64,000 bases of DNA from Carpediemonas membranifera BICM (taxonomy: Eukaryota > Protista > Fornicata): assembly GCA_019828565.1 (NCBI GenBank), contig JAHDYR010000064.1:496001-560000 (forward strand), written 5' to 3'. Of the stretch, positions 31,094 to 41,800 are shown one piece after another. How positions within the stretch are numbered: the stretch's first letter is position 1; every line of letters starts with the position of its first letter. The position numbers were made by a program, and so were the translations under genes. The notes beneath the pieces are model-generated. The model was not told where the DNA came from, did no database searches, and saw only the letters and a program-made list of their open reading frames with translations.

Positions 31094-31306
31094 GTCCTCG
31101 TCAGTTTTTCGCAGAATAAAGGTCGAACAATGTGTTTATACTGCGTAAGACTGCCCTGTCTCCCTCCTCCTCTCTTATTAAGTCGGTTGGGTGCTCTTCA
31201 TCCAATAAGACGACAGACTCGCATGACTTCCCGCTGTCTGCCGGGCACCAGCGACCATGCATCCGAGCGGCATGCAGGTCGCCAAACACACCACTGCGCA
31301 TGTACT

Positions 31307-34300
31307 TTATTCACATAATACCACGCTCATGTCGTCCCCGTCCTTCTTGGTGCGCTTTCGGACCCAGGCCGCGAACTTTGCCGAGTCCACGACGAACCAC
31401 CACCGCATATCCGTGCGGTTGGTGTAGTTCTCGGGCGATACCACAGGTAGCTCCTCGTACTCCAGATAGCCCCGCTCCTTCCCGCTGGGCGCACATGTCT
31501 CGATTCGCTCAAGCTCGTGCTTCAGGTCGCCGTCGAAGAGGCCGTCGAGCACCGTAGCGAGGGTGTGCTTGGAGACCTCCAGATGGAATCCCCGGCTGTC
31601 CTCATCGAGCGGGTCTTCAAGGAAGTCGGGCGTGATGGCGGCCCGCAGCATCTTGTCGGCGAGCCTTCTGAAGTCGCCCTCGGAGCAATCGTGTGCGGCG
31701 AAGAGGGCCTCGTACTCGTCGTCCGTCATCCACGGTCTCGTCTTGTCTATGAATGCTGACACCACGGCAGCGGCCTGGGCGATGAGAATCTCCTTGAACT
31801 CCGGGTCGACCCGCGTGTTCCACAGCGAGGGGGCGTCCAGCGCAGTCTGCTCGCGGGTGCGGCCCTGCTTGAGCGACTGGAAGTATTTCCGGATGGCCAG
31901 CGAGCTCTCCTCGATCTCGGTGGCGACCTCGGACACGGTGTCGTAGGCTAGTCCGACGCCGTGGAAGCGGGCGAAGAAGTCCCGTGCCACCTGGTTGGGC
32001 TGGGCGATCTGCCGCTCGACGTATGTCTCGAAGAACTGCATGGTTCTCCGCTCGAGGTACGCCTTCAGGAATATGAGGGCGACGTGGTTGGGGATCATCA
32101 TCTTGTGGCGGCGGGACATGCCAGGTCCGGCCACCCGAATAGCGACGAACGTGTCGAAGGCCGGGACGTTGGCCCGTGGCCGGATGATGACGAAGAACAT
32201 CGCCGCGTCATACAGCGTGCGGAGGACGACAAAGGCGTTCGCATACAGCACAAAGAGGCCGCTCATGACGATGCCATACGGGATCGCGACGATGGAGAGG
32301 ACCACCTGACCGGCGCCGCGGATGACCAGCCGGACGACGGCGGCGGCCAGGGGGAAGCGGCGGGAGGAGCGGCGGTCGTTGGGGGCGTTGTAGTCGTGCA
32401 CCAGGACGTTGACGGCGTACTGCAGGCCGGTCAGCAGGGGCGCCCACACGACGGACGTCAGGATGACCGCCGTGCAGAGCACCGTGTTCAGTGCGGCCAG
32501 GAATGGGTGCAACACCAGGATCAGCGGGATGCCGATGGCGCCCTTGACGAGGTAGTTGTGGAGCACGTTGAAGATACGGGCAAAGGACTTGCCGAAGAAA
32601 CCCCGGTCCGGACGCCGCTCGAACGCCGCGCGGTCCTCCCGGATGTGGCGAATCTGGTCAGCCACGCGTCCGATCCACGTCTTGCGCCACGGCGCCCTGG
32701 GGACGATGGTGCCGGCGTGGTTGGCCTCAAAGGTGTGTGAGAACTTCTTCACGCCAAAGAGCGAGCGGAGACCGAATGAACCCCACATGAGTCGGCGCCA
32801 CGAGACGTTGATGCCGTTGAGCCAGAGGAAGGCGAGCGTGTAGGCCGCCAGCTGGAACCGCCACCCCACATGGACAGCATCGAACCCCACCGTCCTACTC
32901 TGCACGAGATTGAAGCCGAAGCGGGTCTTGACGACGCTCATGCTCTTCTTGCGCCAGATGGGGAGGGAGAACCTGAACTCCCGCGGCCGCACCTTCGCCC
33001 GGAGCCCCATCTCGTACGCCGCCGTCCCAGGGTCGGTGTGGACGTCCATCCGGGTCCGGAAGAACAGCGCCTGCTGGCAGTCGGCCATGTCGCTGACCGC
33101 CCTGCCGACCTCGAGCAGCAGGTCCTCGCGCGTGTGGTCCCGCTCCCACTGTTCGATGAAAGCTGTCACCTTCCGGCCCACCCACCGCGTCGCCCGGGCC
33201 TTGATTGGGTGGGCCCGACGCAGCTCGGCCTCGAACTCGTCTGCAGCACGCCACTGGGCGGCGTCGGCGTCGGCCATAGCCTTCCTGACGGCCGCAAGGA
33301 TCCGCATCGTCGCGACAGTGAAGTCGGGGTTGAGCGCCAGGTTCTCCTGGACCAGCTCGCACACGGCGTCCTGCTTCATGAGTTGCTCGGCCTCCTGCAT
33401 CGAACGGATGTCACCCTCGGGGATGCGGGATGCGATGTCGGCCCGACGGGACTCCCGGTCGGCGTTCCATCGCCGTAGGAATTTGCGGTAGACGTCGTCG
33501 AGCCTGTCCAAGACGTGGACGTCCTTCTCGACGATAAATGGTGACCCATCCTTGAACGTCGCCGTCCTAGCCTGCATCTCCGGTGTTGGCGTGATAAGCC
33601 GATCCAGCGTCTGCTCGATCTCGTAGTGCTTCATCTTATCAGAGAGCGACCACGCGCTGTGGGCCTTGTGCTTGTCGTGCAGCCCAACGGTCACGTTCAG
33701 GGCATCGAGCACCGCCCCGCCCATGCTGCGGACCCCTCCTGTCATACTGGCCGTGTCTTCGCCATTGAAGCGGTCGGGGATGAATACGAGCCAGATGTCG
33801 AGAGTCTCGTCGATGATGCGATGCCGAATCTCGACGATCCTGTCCCGCCCCATCTGCCAGAAGCCCGAGATACGCCAGACGTGGCTCTTGGAGGGGTACT
33901 TGATGCTGGGGACGGAGAACTTGCCCGTCTGCCTGAGCTCTCTGAGCTGTGCCGTGTTGAGGCGAACGCGGCTTCCATTGGGTCCGATCGAAAGGGCGTA
34001 GAGGTCTTCGTTCTCATCGTCAAACCTCTTCATCAGATCAACCATATTTCTATAGTTCCCGGACCTGAATGACGTCGGGGGCAGCTCGATGGTGCTGCGA
34101 TGTGGGTCGAACCGGAAAAGCGTGTCCAGGATGCTCTTTTTGATTGGAACAAGAAGCGCATCGTCCTGGTCGTCGATAAGGTTCGGATCCAATTGTACCC
34201 GCGCCAAATCACACGACATTGTATTGAGTTGTCGTGGCAGAATATGGCTAAATCTGGCACCGTAGATTGTCCTCAGTACGTAGTTGTAGGACGGGTCGAG

Positions 34301-34609
34301 ACAGAGGCGAGCCATCACACAGATGTGTCGGGCCAGGATCGGGGACGTGGGGTCCGCGGCGATCTTGCGGAGGGATTCGGCCTTTTCTCGGAGCTTGTCG
34401 AAACGAGCTGCCGTTAGCTCGGTGAGGGTGACTCGTCGGATCCTATAGGGATCTTGGCGGGTGTGAGTGCCGCCTTGGGGACAACCCCACATATCAGTCG
34501 CGGGACTTGGTCCGGGGCATGGATTTCGGGCAGAGGGCCTCGGTCTTGGCCCTTTTGAGCTCCATGCCGCACTGGGCACCGAGCTATTCGATGGAATCCT
34601 GGAAGGCAT
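31307..34609 (-). CDS. Large hypothetical multi-pass membrane protein (~1100 aa)
   Basis: Long ORF with genome-typical codon use and several TM segments at roughly aa 690-810; exact start uncertain. Confidence 0.75.
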   Translation of the reverse strand: MPSRIPSNSSVPSAAWSSKGPRPRPSARNPCPGPSPATDMWGCPQGGTHTRQDPYRIRRVTLTELTAARFDKLREKAESLRKIAADPTSPILARHICVMARLCLDPSYNYVLRTIYGARFSHILPRQLNTMSCDLARVQLDPNLIDDQDDALLVPIKKSILDTLFRFDPHRSTIELPPTSFRSGNYRNMVDLMKRFDDENEDLYALSIGPNGSRVRLNTAQLRELRQTGKFSVPSIKYPSKSHVWRISGFWQMGRDRIVEIRHRIIDETLDIWLVFIPDRFNGEDTASMTGGVRSMGGAVLDALNVTVGLHDKHKAHSAWSLSDKMKHYEIEQTLDRLITPTPEMQARTATFKDGSPFIVEKDVHVLDRLDDVYRKFLRRWNADRESRRADIASRIPEGDIRSMQEAEQLMKQDAVCELVQENLALNPDFTVATMRILAAVRKAMADADAAQWRAADEFEAELRRAHPIKARATRWVGRKVTAFIEQWERDHTREDLLLEVGRAVSDMADCQQALFFRTRMDVHTDPGTAAYEMGLRAKVRPREFRFSLPIWRKKSMSVVKTRFGFNLVQSRTVGFDAVHVGWRFQLAAYTLAFLWLNGINVSWRRLMWGSFGLRSLFGVKKFSHTFEANHAGTIVPRAPWRKTWIGRVADQIRHIREDRAAFERRPDRGFFGKSFARIFNVLHNYLVKGAIGIPLILVLHPFLAALNTVLCTAVILTSVVWAPLLTGLQYAVNVLVHDYNAPNDRRSSRRFPLAAAVVRLVIRGAGQVVLSIVAIPYGIVMSGLFVLYANAFVVLRTLYDAAMFFVIIRPRANVPAFDTFVAIRVAGPGMSRRHKMMIPNHVALIFLKAYLERRTMQFFETYVERQIAQPNQVARDFFARFHGVGLAYDTVSEVATEIEESSLAIRKYFQSLKQGRTREQTALDAPSLWNTRVDPEFKEILIAQAAAVVSAFIDKTRPWMTDDEYEALFAAHDCSEGDFRRLADKMLRAAITPDFLEDPLDEDSRGFHLEVSKHTLATVLDGLFDGDLKHELERIETCAPSGKERGYLEYEELPVVSPENYTNRTDMRWWFVVDSAKFAAWVRKRTKKDGDDMSVVLCE

Positions 34610-35150
34610 CTAAGCAAGCGACGTCGCTGGCGGTTGCTCTCATCCGCGGGGACCACCTTCGGTCGCGAAGCAGCCCTTGACATTGTCGGGGACAGGGGCG
34701 TCCCTGATGAGCCCAGCGAGCGATGGTGCGATCTTTGGCTGGAGCTCAATGGGGCCGTCGGAGGGTCGGTGTGGGCGAGCTCGCTGTGAGAGTACTGCCA
34801 CAGCGGCTTCTCTCCCAGCTTGGCCAGGAACGCGGCCGCTCTCGGCCAGGTGTAGAGCATGCTCAGGACCTTTTCAGCAGCGCTTGTTGGGTCGACGCCG
34901 GTCGGCGGGTCGATGCCCGCGAACCAGAAGATGCTCGGACCTGTCGTGGCCAAGGTGCGATAGTAGTCAGTGGTGGGTTGTTCGACTGCTAAATCTGGCA
35001 CCGTAGCCTTGGCCCTCCCGATGGGTTGCGTGTATGGACGGCCGCACTCCCACCAGAACCGAGCCCCGCCAACGTATTTACCAACGAGAGCTATTGACAA
35101 CTATATATGCACACAAACGCTACAGATCGCTATGCACATGCCCCACGGCC

Positions 35151-37037
35151 TCACACGAAGCGGGCCAGGACCGTCTTGGCTGGATCCAGCTCCCAGCAGC
35201 GCAGCTCCTCGGCCGCCTCGAACGATGCAGTGACGGTCTCGACGAGTCGGGGGACCCTGACGACCTCCTCCTGGCCGTTTGGACCATCGATGACCCCCAG
35301 CGTGCCGTGGTAGTTCTCGCCGCACGCCATGACGGCGCCGGACTCCTGAACGAACCACGTTGACAGCAGCGTCGGCGATGACCGTATCGACGCGACATCC
35401 CTGACGGCGATCTTGACCCAGAACTCGCAAGAACCGCCCATGGCGACGCCCAGCGTGCCGAAGTCAGACCCGCCCAGGCCATACCAGTCGCCCGTGTCGT
35501 GGCGCTGGACCCAGTACGCCTCTCCGTTGGACATGAACCGGGAGACGGGCCAGGGGAAGGGGATCTGGTCGAGCTCGGCGTACTCGGAGTCCCGGAAGTA
35601 CCAGAAGTCCGCGCGGAGCCCGCATGCCCGGATGACGCCGTCGTGTAGGAAGAGGCCGGTCGTGCCGTCGAACGCGGCGTCCGTCACGGGGAATGGCAGC
35701 CTGGTCAGCCGGGGGACGTCGTCGTCGTGCCCCAGCCCGAAGCGGGCCTCGCAGTTCTCCCCGGCGACGTAGAGGTCCTGGCCGACGAGCACAGAGACCA
35801 TGCTGTCCGAGAAGCGGAGGTCCTTTAGACCAGTGCCCGAGGGAAGGGTGACCGGGATGAAGAAGGGCTGGATGTCCGTCGTGTGGCCTGCAGCCAGGCA
35901 GCCGTGGGCGTTGTCCCCGGCAGCGATGAGCCCCACCGGTGTCTCTACGAACGTCTGATTGTGATTGACCAGAATGGACATCACCAGGCGGTCCTTCCGC
36001 CACGGTGGCAGCGCGGCCTCGAACTTGCTGACCCGGTGCGCCTGGGGGAACTCGACCCTACGGGGCGACTGCAGGAACCCCAGCGCCCTGTGCCCGAGGT
36101 TCCCGAAGCGGTTGTCCCCCATAGTGTAGAGGCCCCGTGCCGTGACAGCCACCACAAACAGCGCGTCCCTGCTGTTGCCGCTGTACGACAGCACGGGCGG
36201 GACCCGGATGCGCCGGAACGTCGGGATGGTCTCGACCTCCCCTGGGTCCGGGTTGACCCGGTTGGTGCCGCAGACGAAGAGGCGGCCATGGTAGAGGACC
36301 GAGTCCAGCTTGGCGAACCGGTTCAGCTCGGTGTGGCGCTCGCCATCGCGGGATGCGACTGTCCTGCAGAAGGCGAACTTCTTGCAGAGGAACCATAGGA
36401 CCTTGGCGTTCGGCCCGAAGTCGCCAACCTTGCCCTCGCCGAGGCTGGGATCCGCCCCTGCACTGACGAGAGTCGCCCACACGGTGCCTTGCATCAGCGT
36501 GTACAGCGCGTCCGGGAGGTTCTCGCCGTCACGCAGCTCGATGTTCATCGATCGGGGTGCCCCGCTGGTCAGCAGACGCCGAGCCGTCCTTAGTTCCTTC
36601 TTGCAGACCGGCGGATGGGCAGGGAAAGTGTCCAGGTGGTTCTCGATCTGCGCCAGGCGGAGTTCGATGAGGGCCGGTGATACGAGGTGGGGGACGGGGA
36701 CGTCGGAGCTGCTGATGCGGTCAACCACGGCCTTGTGTGCCCGCTGGATGAGTGTGGGGATGTCCCCGGGATGATGCTGGGTCACCTGGTCGACAACGGA
36801 GCGAAGGGAGAGCAGCTTCGATGCAATCATCGCCAGCTGCTCATCGGTTGTGAATTGAACTGGGCTGAGGGAGTCCAGTGCGTATAGATCGGAGATTGTA
36901 GCCAATAGGTTCCTTATTGCGGAGAGCATTCGCTCCTTTGCTTCATCGCTGCTCATCCCCACTTCAAAGGACTGCAGTGTGCCCAGCACGCATTCTAGCA
37001 TCGCAATTGATGACTGTGCTGAGAACACACCGTTCAT
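35151..37037 (-). CDS. RCC1/BLIP-II beta-propeller repeat protein
   Basis: Repeated GxNxxGxLG motifs (GDNRFGNLG, GDNAHGCL, GENCEARFG, GENYHGTLG); start inferred at MNGVFS. Confidence 0.75.
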   Translation of the reverse strand: MNGVFSAQSSIAMLECVLGTLQSFEVGMSSDEAKERMLSAIRNLLATISDLYALDSLSPVQFTTDEQLAMIASKLLSLRSVVDQVTQHHPGDIPTLIQRAHKAVVDRISSSDVPVPHLVSPALIELRLAQIENHLDTFPAHPPVCKKELRTARRLLTSGAPRSMNIELRDGENLPDALYTLMQGTVWATLVSAGADPSLGEGKVGDFGPNAKVLWFLCKKFAFCRTVASRDGERHTELNRFAKLDSVLYHGRLFVCGTNRVNPDPGEVETIPTFRRIRVPPVLSYSGNSRDALFVVAVTARGLYTMGDNRFGNLGHRALGFLQSPRRVEFPQAHRVSKFEAALPPWRKDRLVMSILVNHNQTFVETPVGLIAAGDNAHGCLAAGHTTDIQPFFIPVTLPSGTGLKDLRFSDSMVSVLVGQDLYVAGENCEARFGLGHDDDVPRLTRLPFPVTDAAFDGTTGLFLHDGVIRACGLRADFWYFRDSEYAELDQIPFPWPVSRFMSNGEAYWVQRHDTGDWYGLGGSDFGTLGVAMGGSCEFWVKIAVRDVASIRSSPTLLSTWFVQESGAVMACGENYHGTLGVIDGPNGQEEVVRVPRLVETVTASFEAAEELRCWELDPAKTVLARFV

Positions 37038-37485
37038 TGGCCCCCTTTGGATGAATGGCCCAAAATGAGCCGAGCTTCTTCTTGACCCGAATAGGATTCG
37101 TTGCTGCTTCGAATCTCCGGAAGCGAAAAGATCGAATCGGTTTTGACTGTGCCAACTCAGTGCTATACGAACCAGACCCCAGGTTGCGAGTGTCTGCCAG
37201 GGCTCTGATTTTCCCGAGATTTGACCAACCTTGACCAATCATGATTTTGTTAGGTTGACCCAGAACACGAAATTGGACGTATCCGGAAGAAGGTCGAAGC
37301 TGTAGCACATTAATTGTAGACACCCCGGCCCAACCGGGGGTGAGGGTTGGGCATGGCGCCGGTGTTCATAGGGATTCATGGTTTCGAGTTCAACGGAACG
37401 ACCCTTTCGAATCGCATCTTTAAACTTTTCCTCCAGGAATTTACATCATCCGACGTCTTGCATCGGTTGCAACGGTCCGCCGGCG

Positions 37486-40341
37486 TCAGCCAACCCACTC
37501 GACGTCGTTCTCCCCCTCATATCCGTTGAACATGACGGCCTGCCGGCAGACCTCCAGAGCATCCTCCAGAGCCTGGGCCTGCGGGTCGGGCTGCGTCACC
37601 TCAGTCTCGGCGAAGACGGGCAGCTTCAGCAGCTCATCAACTAATGGCGTCGTCATTATGTGCGCTGTCATCCAAGCAATGGCGTCGTCCAGCACTGTGG
37701 TAAGTCCGTACGTCAAGGCGGCGAGGGTCGCCCCCAGCTGCCGTATGTCGTCGGCGAACCTCATCGCCATCTTCCCCTCGTCCTTGGAGGTCACCCCCGA
37801 CGGCGACAGCGGCGGTGGCGGCAGGCGGGGCGATCCATTGGCAGTCACGGTCACACCGGCCGCTGAGATTGCCATGTGGTAGATCCCGGTCCTGTGCAGC
37901 GCCTGCACCCCCTCGAGGAGCTCCCGGGCAATCCTTACGAATGCCACGTCTGTCATGGTGCCGCGCTTGAATACAGCATCACGGCGCCAGTCGAGCAGCC
38001 TCACAGCACCACCGGCCTCCGTGACGGTGTAAAGAACCTGGGCCTCCTGGAAGACGAATAGCAGCCGGGGGACGGCAGAGCTGCGGACGCCATGAAGGGC
38101 GTCGAGCACGGCGAGCACCTTCTTGACAGACTTGTCTGGAATGATGTGGCCGGTCAGCACCACGCGCTGCCCATCGAACTCGGCCTGCTCCGTCATGTTC
38201 GCGTCGGCCCCCACCGGCCTTATGTCTCGGAACAGTGCCCGGCTTAGATGCTCGGACTTCGCCTCAAGGGACGGCATCGCAGGGGCGTCCTCGAAACCCA
38301 GCGTGTGCAGGGCATCCAGGGCCTTGAGCAGCCGAATGCGGCCCATCGCGCTGGTGTAGTACTCCACGGCGGGGTCGGTGTCGTCCAGCTCGGGCAGGTC
38401 AGAGTCCGACCCGCTCAGCGTCACCAGACCTGCCTTCTTCCGGGTCCGGCGGATGGCGCGTCTCAGCTTGATCAGCTCCGCGTCGACGTCGTCTGGAATG
38501 GTGTTGAGCAGTGGGACCGTCATGGAGGACACGCGACACATGTGGGCAAGTTCCGCCCTGTCGCGGTCGGCCGGATAGTCGTACGTCACCGCCTCCTCGT
38601 GGAGGGCCGCCAGGTCCGCAGCCCACCGTCGGTACGCGTCTCTGTCGCTGAGGGACCAGGGCTGGTCGCGGTCAAGGAGGGCTCGCACGCTGCTGCGCCA
38701 CACGGCAAGCAGCACAGCCTCGCCGAGCTCCTCAGGAGCCGGGTCGTTGTCGGCCGCGGTCGGCAGGGCGCAGAGGTGCATGCAGACCATGGCGTGGTCG
38801 AACGGATGGCGTGTGGCATGGTCGGCGAGGATCTCCTGGTCGCCTGGATGTGTCAGCTTGTCCATCCACGATGCCGACCGGTGCATGGAGACGGCGTTGT
38901 CCTGGTGCCGCGTTATGGCCGCCCGGATGCAGTCAACCGCCTTGAACTCGCACGCGAGATCGAACAGCGAGTACGGCCCGACCGTCGCCGTGAAGTCTGG
39001 GACGGCGTCAGGGTTGTCCAGCAGGATCTGCGGGGTCTGCAACACGGCCCGTACGGCCTCTGTGCTGTGGGCCTTGGTCCGGGCCGTGAGCAGGCACCGC
39101 CCGTCCATGCCCCAGACCCGCACGGTCGAGTCGAGCGAGGCAGTGGAGACCAGAGTCCTCGAGTCGGCGCTGTAGGGGAACCGGACGGCCCAGACACAGT
39201 CCGTGTGTCCCCGCAGCACGCGCAGACACCGTCCGGCCGGTACTGCCCACACGCGGGCCGTCTCGTCCCAGGATCCCGTCACGACGACAGATGTATCCGG
39301 GGCCACAGCCACGGATGTCACGGCGGCGCTGTGGCCCGCTAGGGTTGAGAGCAGCTGGCCGCTGCCGGACTCGAAGACCTCGACAGATCCGGACCAGGTG
39401 CCCACGACGAGCTTGCTGACACCTGACGCCATCGCCACAGACGTGGGGGCGTACCCGACCACGTCTAGGACGGCCACAAGCTTGCCGCGGGGATATGACC
39501 ACATTCGAACTGTCCCGTCATATGAAGCTGACACGATTCGGTCCCCGGTCGCCGCGACCAGGACCCCGCTGATGGTGTCTGTGTGCGTGCTGAATGAGGC
39601 CAGCCGCTTGCCCGTGACGGGGTTCCAGACCCTTATCTTGCGGTCCCAGGCCGCTGACACCACCCTGTCATCCTGGGTGAAGGCCAGCCCTGTGATCTCG
39701 CCTCGGTGCCCAGACATCGTCTGCTGGCAAAGCCCGCTTTGGGTGTCATAGACGCGGATAGTGCCCGCGACATCGCCGGTGACCAGCATTGCTCCCGACG
39801 GCGACATCACAGCAGAGCTCAGGGCCACTAGCGTCGATGGCGTTGCGAATACATGGGTGTTAGTCAACCCCATCGTGTCCCAGACTCTCGCAGCCCGATC
39901 CCCACCCGCAGTGACAAGGTAGCGCCCGTCCGACGAGAACGAGGCGGACCCCAGCCAGGCAGACACACGGTAAGTCGCCATGCATTGCCCACTGGTGGGG
40001 TTCCATAGCCGTGCAGTGCCGTCTAGAGAGCAGCTGGCTAGCTTGTTGCCCTCTGGCGAGAAGGACAGGCCCGTCACGCTCTGGGCATGTCCCGAGAGAT
40101 CGAACAGGAGCGCTCCCCACGCGCTGTACAGCCTTAGGGAGCCGTCATCTCCGCCCCTGGCGATCTTTGACCCATCAGGACACATTGCTACGGCAGTAAT
40201 CGCCACAGTGCCATCGATGACCTGTGTTTCGTGGTAGCGGTCAAGGGAGTCCTCCTGCATGAAGACCTTGACGGTGTTCGCGTCTATCTCTGTTGTAATG
40301 TTCAAGCATTCGCTATCCTCGTTCTCAATGGCGTCATTCAT
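37486..40341 (-). CDS. WD40-repeat protein with a C-terminal degenerate kinase-like domain
   Basis: Many GH...DGT/DRxxRxW repeats; the C-terminal RIARELLEGVQALHRTGIYHMAIS resembles kinase subdomain VI. Confidence 0.8.
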   Translation of the reverse strand: MNDAIENEDSECLNITTEIDANTVKVFMQEDSLDRYHETQVIDGTVAITAVAMCPDGSKIARGGDDGSLRLYSAWGALLFDLSGHAQSVTGLSFSPEGNKLASCSLDGTARLWNPTSGQCMATYRVSAWLGSASFSSDGRYLVTAGGDRAARVWDTMGLTNTHVFATPSTLVALSSAVMSPSGAMLVTGDVAGTIRVYDTQSGLCQQTMSGHRGEITGLAFTQDDRVVSAAWDRKIRVWNPVTGKRLASFSTHTDTISGVLVAATGDRIVSASYDGTVRMWSYPRGKLVAVLDVVGYAPTSVAMASGVSKLVVGTWSGSVEVFESGSGQLLSTLAGHSAAVTSVAVAPDTSVVVTGSWDETARVWAVPAGRCLRVLRGHTDCVWAVRFPYSADSRTLVSTASLDSTVRVWGMDGRCLLTARTKAHSTEAVRAVLQTPQILLDNPDAVPDFTATVGPYSLFDLACEFKAVDCIRAAITRHQDNAVSMHRSASWMDKLTHPGDQEILADHATRHPFDHAMVCMHLCALPTAADNDPAPEELGEAVLLAVWRSSVRALLDRDQPWSLSDRDAYRRWAADLAALHEEAVTYDYPADRDRAELAHMCRVSSMTVPLLNTIPDDVDAELIKLRRAIRRTRKKAGLVTLSGSDSDLPELDDTDPAVEYYTSAMGRIRLLKALDALHTLGFEDAPAMPSLEAKSEHLSRALFRDIRPVGADANMTEQAEFDGQRVVLTGHIIPDKSVKKVLAVLDALHGVRSSAVPRLLFVFQEAQVLYTVTEAGGAVRLLDWRRDAVFKRGTMTDVAFVRIARELLEGVQALHRTGIYHMAISAAGVTVTANGSPRLPPPPLSPSGVTSKDEGKMAMRFADDIRQLGATLAALTYGLTTVLDDAIAWMTAHIMTTPLVDELLKLPVFAETEVTQPDPQAQALEDALEVCRQAVMFNGYEGENDVEWVG

Positions 40342-40405
40342 TTGACCTTGTCTCAATCCAAATCTCAACCCAGCCGATTCCGGCCAAGCCACCACGTCGC
40401 CCCAT

Positions 40406-41703
40406 TTACTCCTCTTCAACAGCCCCATCGTCGCCCACAACATCGTCTGCGGCGGGCGTCGACTCGCCCTCGTCCGGACCTGGGTGGGTCCCGTCGCCAG
40501 TACCGGCCTCCGGTTCCCCGCTGGTTTCTGCCGGCAGCTCTTGCTGTGGGGCCTGCCCTTCAGTCATAGTGGCTCTCGCAGCCTCGTCGGCGATGCTGGC
40601 CGCGTTTGCTACGAAGCTCCACCCCGGAAACAGACTGAGAACGAAAGATCCGAGCAGACTCGTCTGGCTCAGACGAAAGGGGATGCGGGACCATATTGCC
40701 GAGGCGATGTTATGTGCGCCACTCGAATCAACGGCATAAATGGCAAAGAAGGTCAGGTAAATGAAGAACGCCGACAGCAGCATGAACATTGCAGCCGGGC
40801 TGGCGGCGAACAACAACTCCAGAATGATGACGACAGCGACAACCCGCAACGGGACCCGCAGCACGACGCTCTGGCCACGGAGGCGCCGGTGGGCAACGCC
40901 GACCTCGACCGATACCGGCCTGTCCGTCATGCGGAGGTAGATCTGGGTGCCTGTCTGGTGGCCGCTGGGCACCATGCCGATGCGGGACCCACGGGGAGCT
41001 GGGGCGGACCGCGTCTGGGCCTCCCGGCGCCTCCGAGATGCCCGGATGGACCGCATGTAGTCGAATGCCGCCTGGTTGAATAGGACCCGCTGGTGGTCGA
41101 GCCACTCGCCGTACTCCCTGGCATGGGAGGGGTCGGCGGGGGTCACGGCATGAGGCCGGGCTGCCGTAGCCATCGGATGCCGTAGCACATTGGCTGGTAG
41201 CGTCCGATGCCCGGTCATGCTCATCGTCGAGCCGCTTGTCGTGATCTCGTCCACCTGGCTTGTGCGACGGGAGGCGTGCGGCGGCGTTGCGGGGATAGGG
41301 TGGCGGACGCGGACACCGTCCCGCGCCAGGGACAGTGCTGGGTCCCTTGTGGGTGACCTAGGCGGTGGGGACGCCGGGGAGAAGCGTGGGGCTGTTGCAA
41401 TACGATCCCCATCGGTGAACCCGAAGCTCCGGAGCGTCTTGTTACTGCCGAAGAGGATGCACCCGCCGTACAGCATGTGATAATCAGTAACTATGGTAAG
41501 GAATCCGTGTAGTCCGGGGGAAACACACTATTCTCGTCGAAAACATTCTCGTCGTTGAATCGCTGGGTCACGAGCTCCCGCAGCGCTTCTATGGTAATAT
41601 CATCGGCTATCTCGTCTAATTCGAACACATCAGCCCTGTTATGGTCTGGGTGGCTCACGACAACCTTCATTCTATCAGTGCCCGCCGCTCTCCGCCCTGA
41701 CAT
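40406..41703 (-). CDS. Ubiquitin-like domain membrane protein (Herp/TMUB-like), exons to 41529 and 41490-40406
   Basis: Spliced UBL (MKVVV...ITIEALRELV...YHMLYGGCIL...TLRSFGFTDGDRI) plus C-terminal hydrophobic segments. Confidence 0.6.
41491..41528 (-). other. Spliceosomal intron, 38 nt
   Basis: GTGTGT...CTTACCATAG; removal joins ORF 41491..41751 to 40406..41476. Confidence 0.65.
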
Positions 41704-41800
41704 GCTGACGTCAGCCAGACCAAGGGGCGCCTGCCACGGTACAGCTGCCACTGTTGCTCCACTCTGCCTGGGATCCAGACCCGTGCTTTAAGATGTATGT

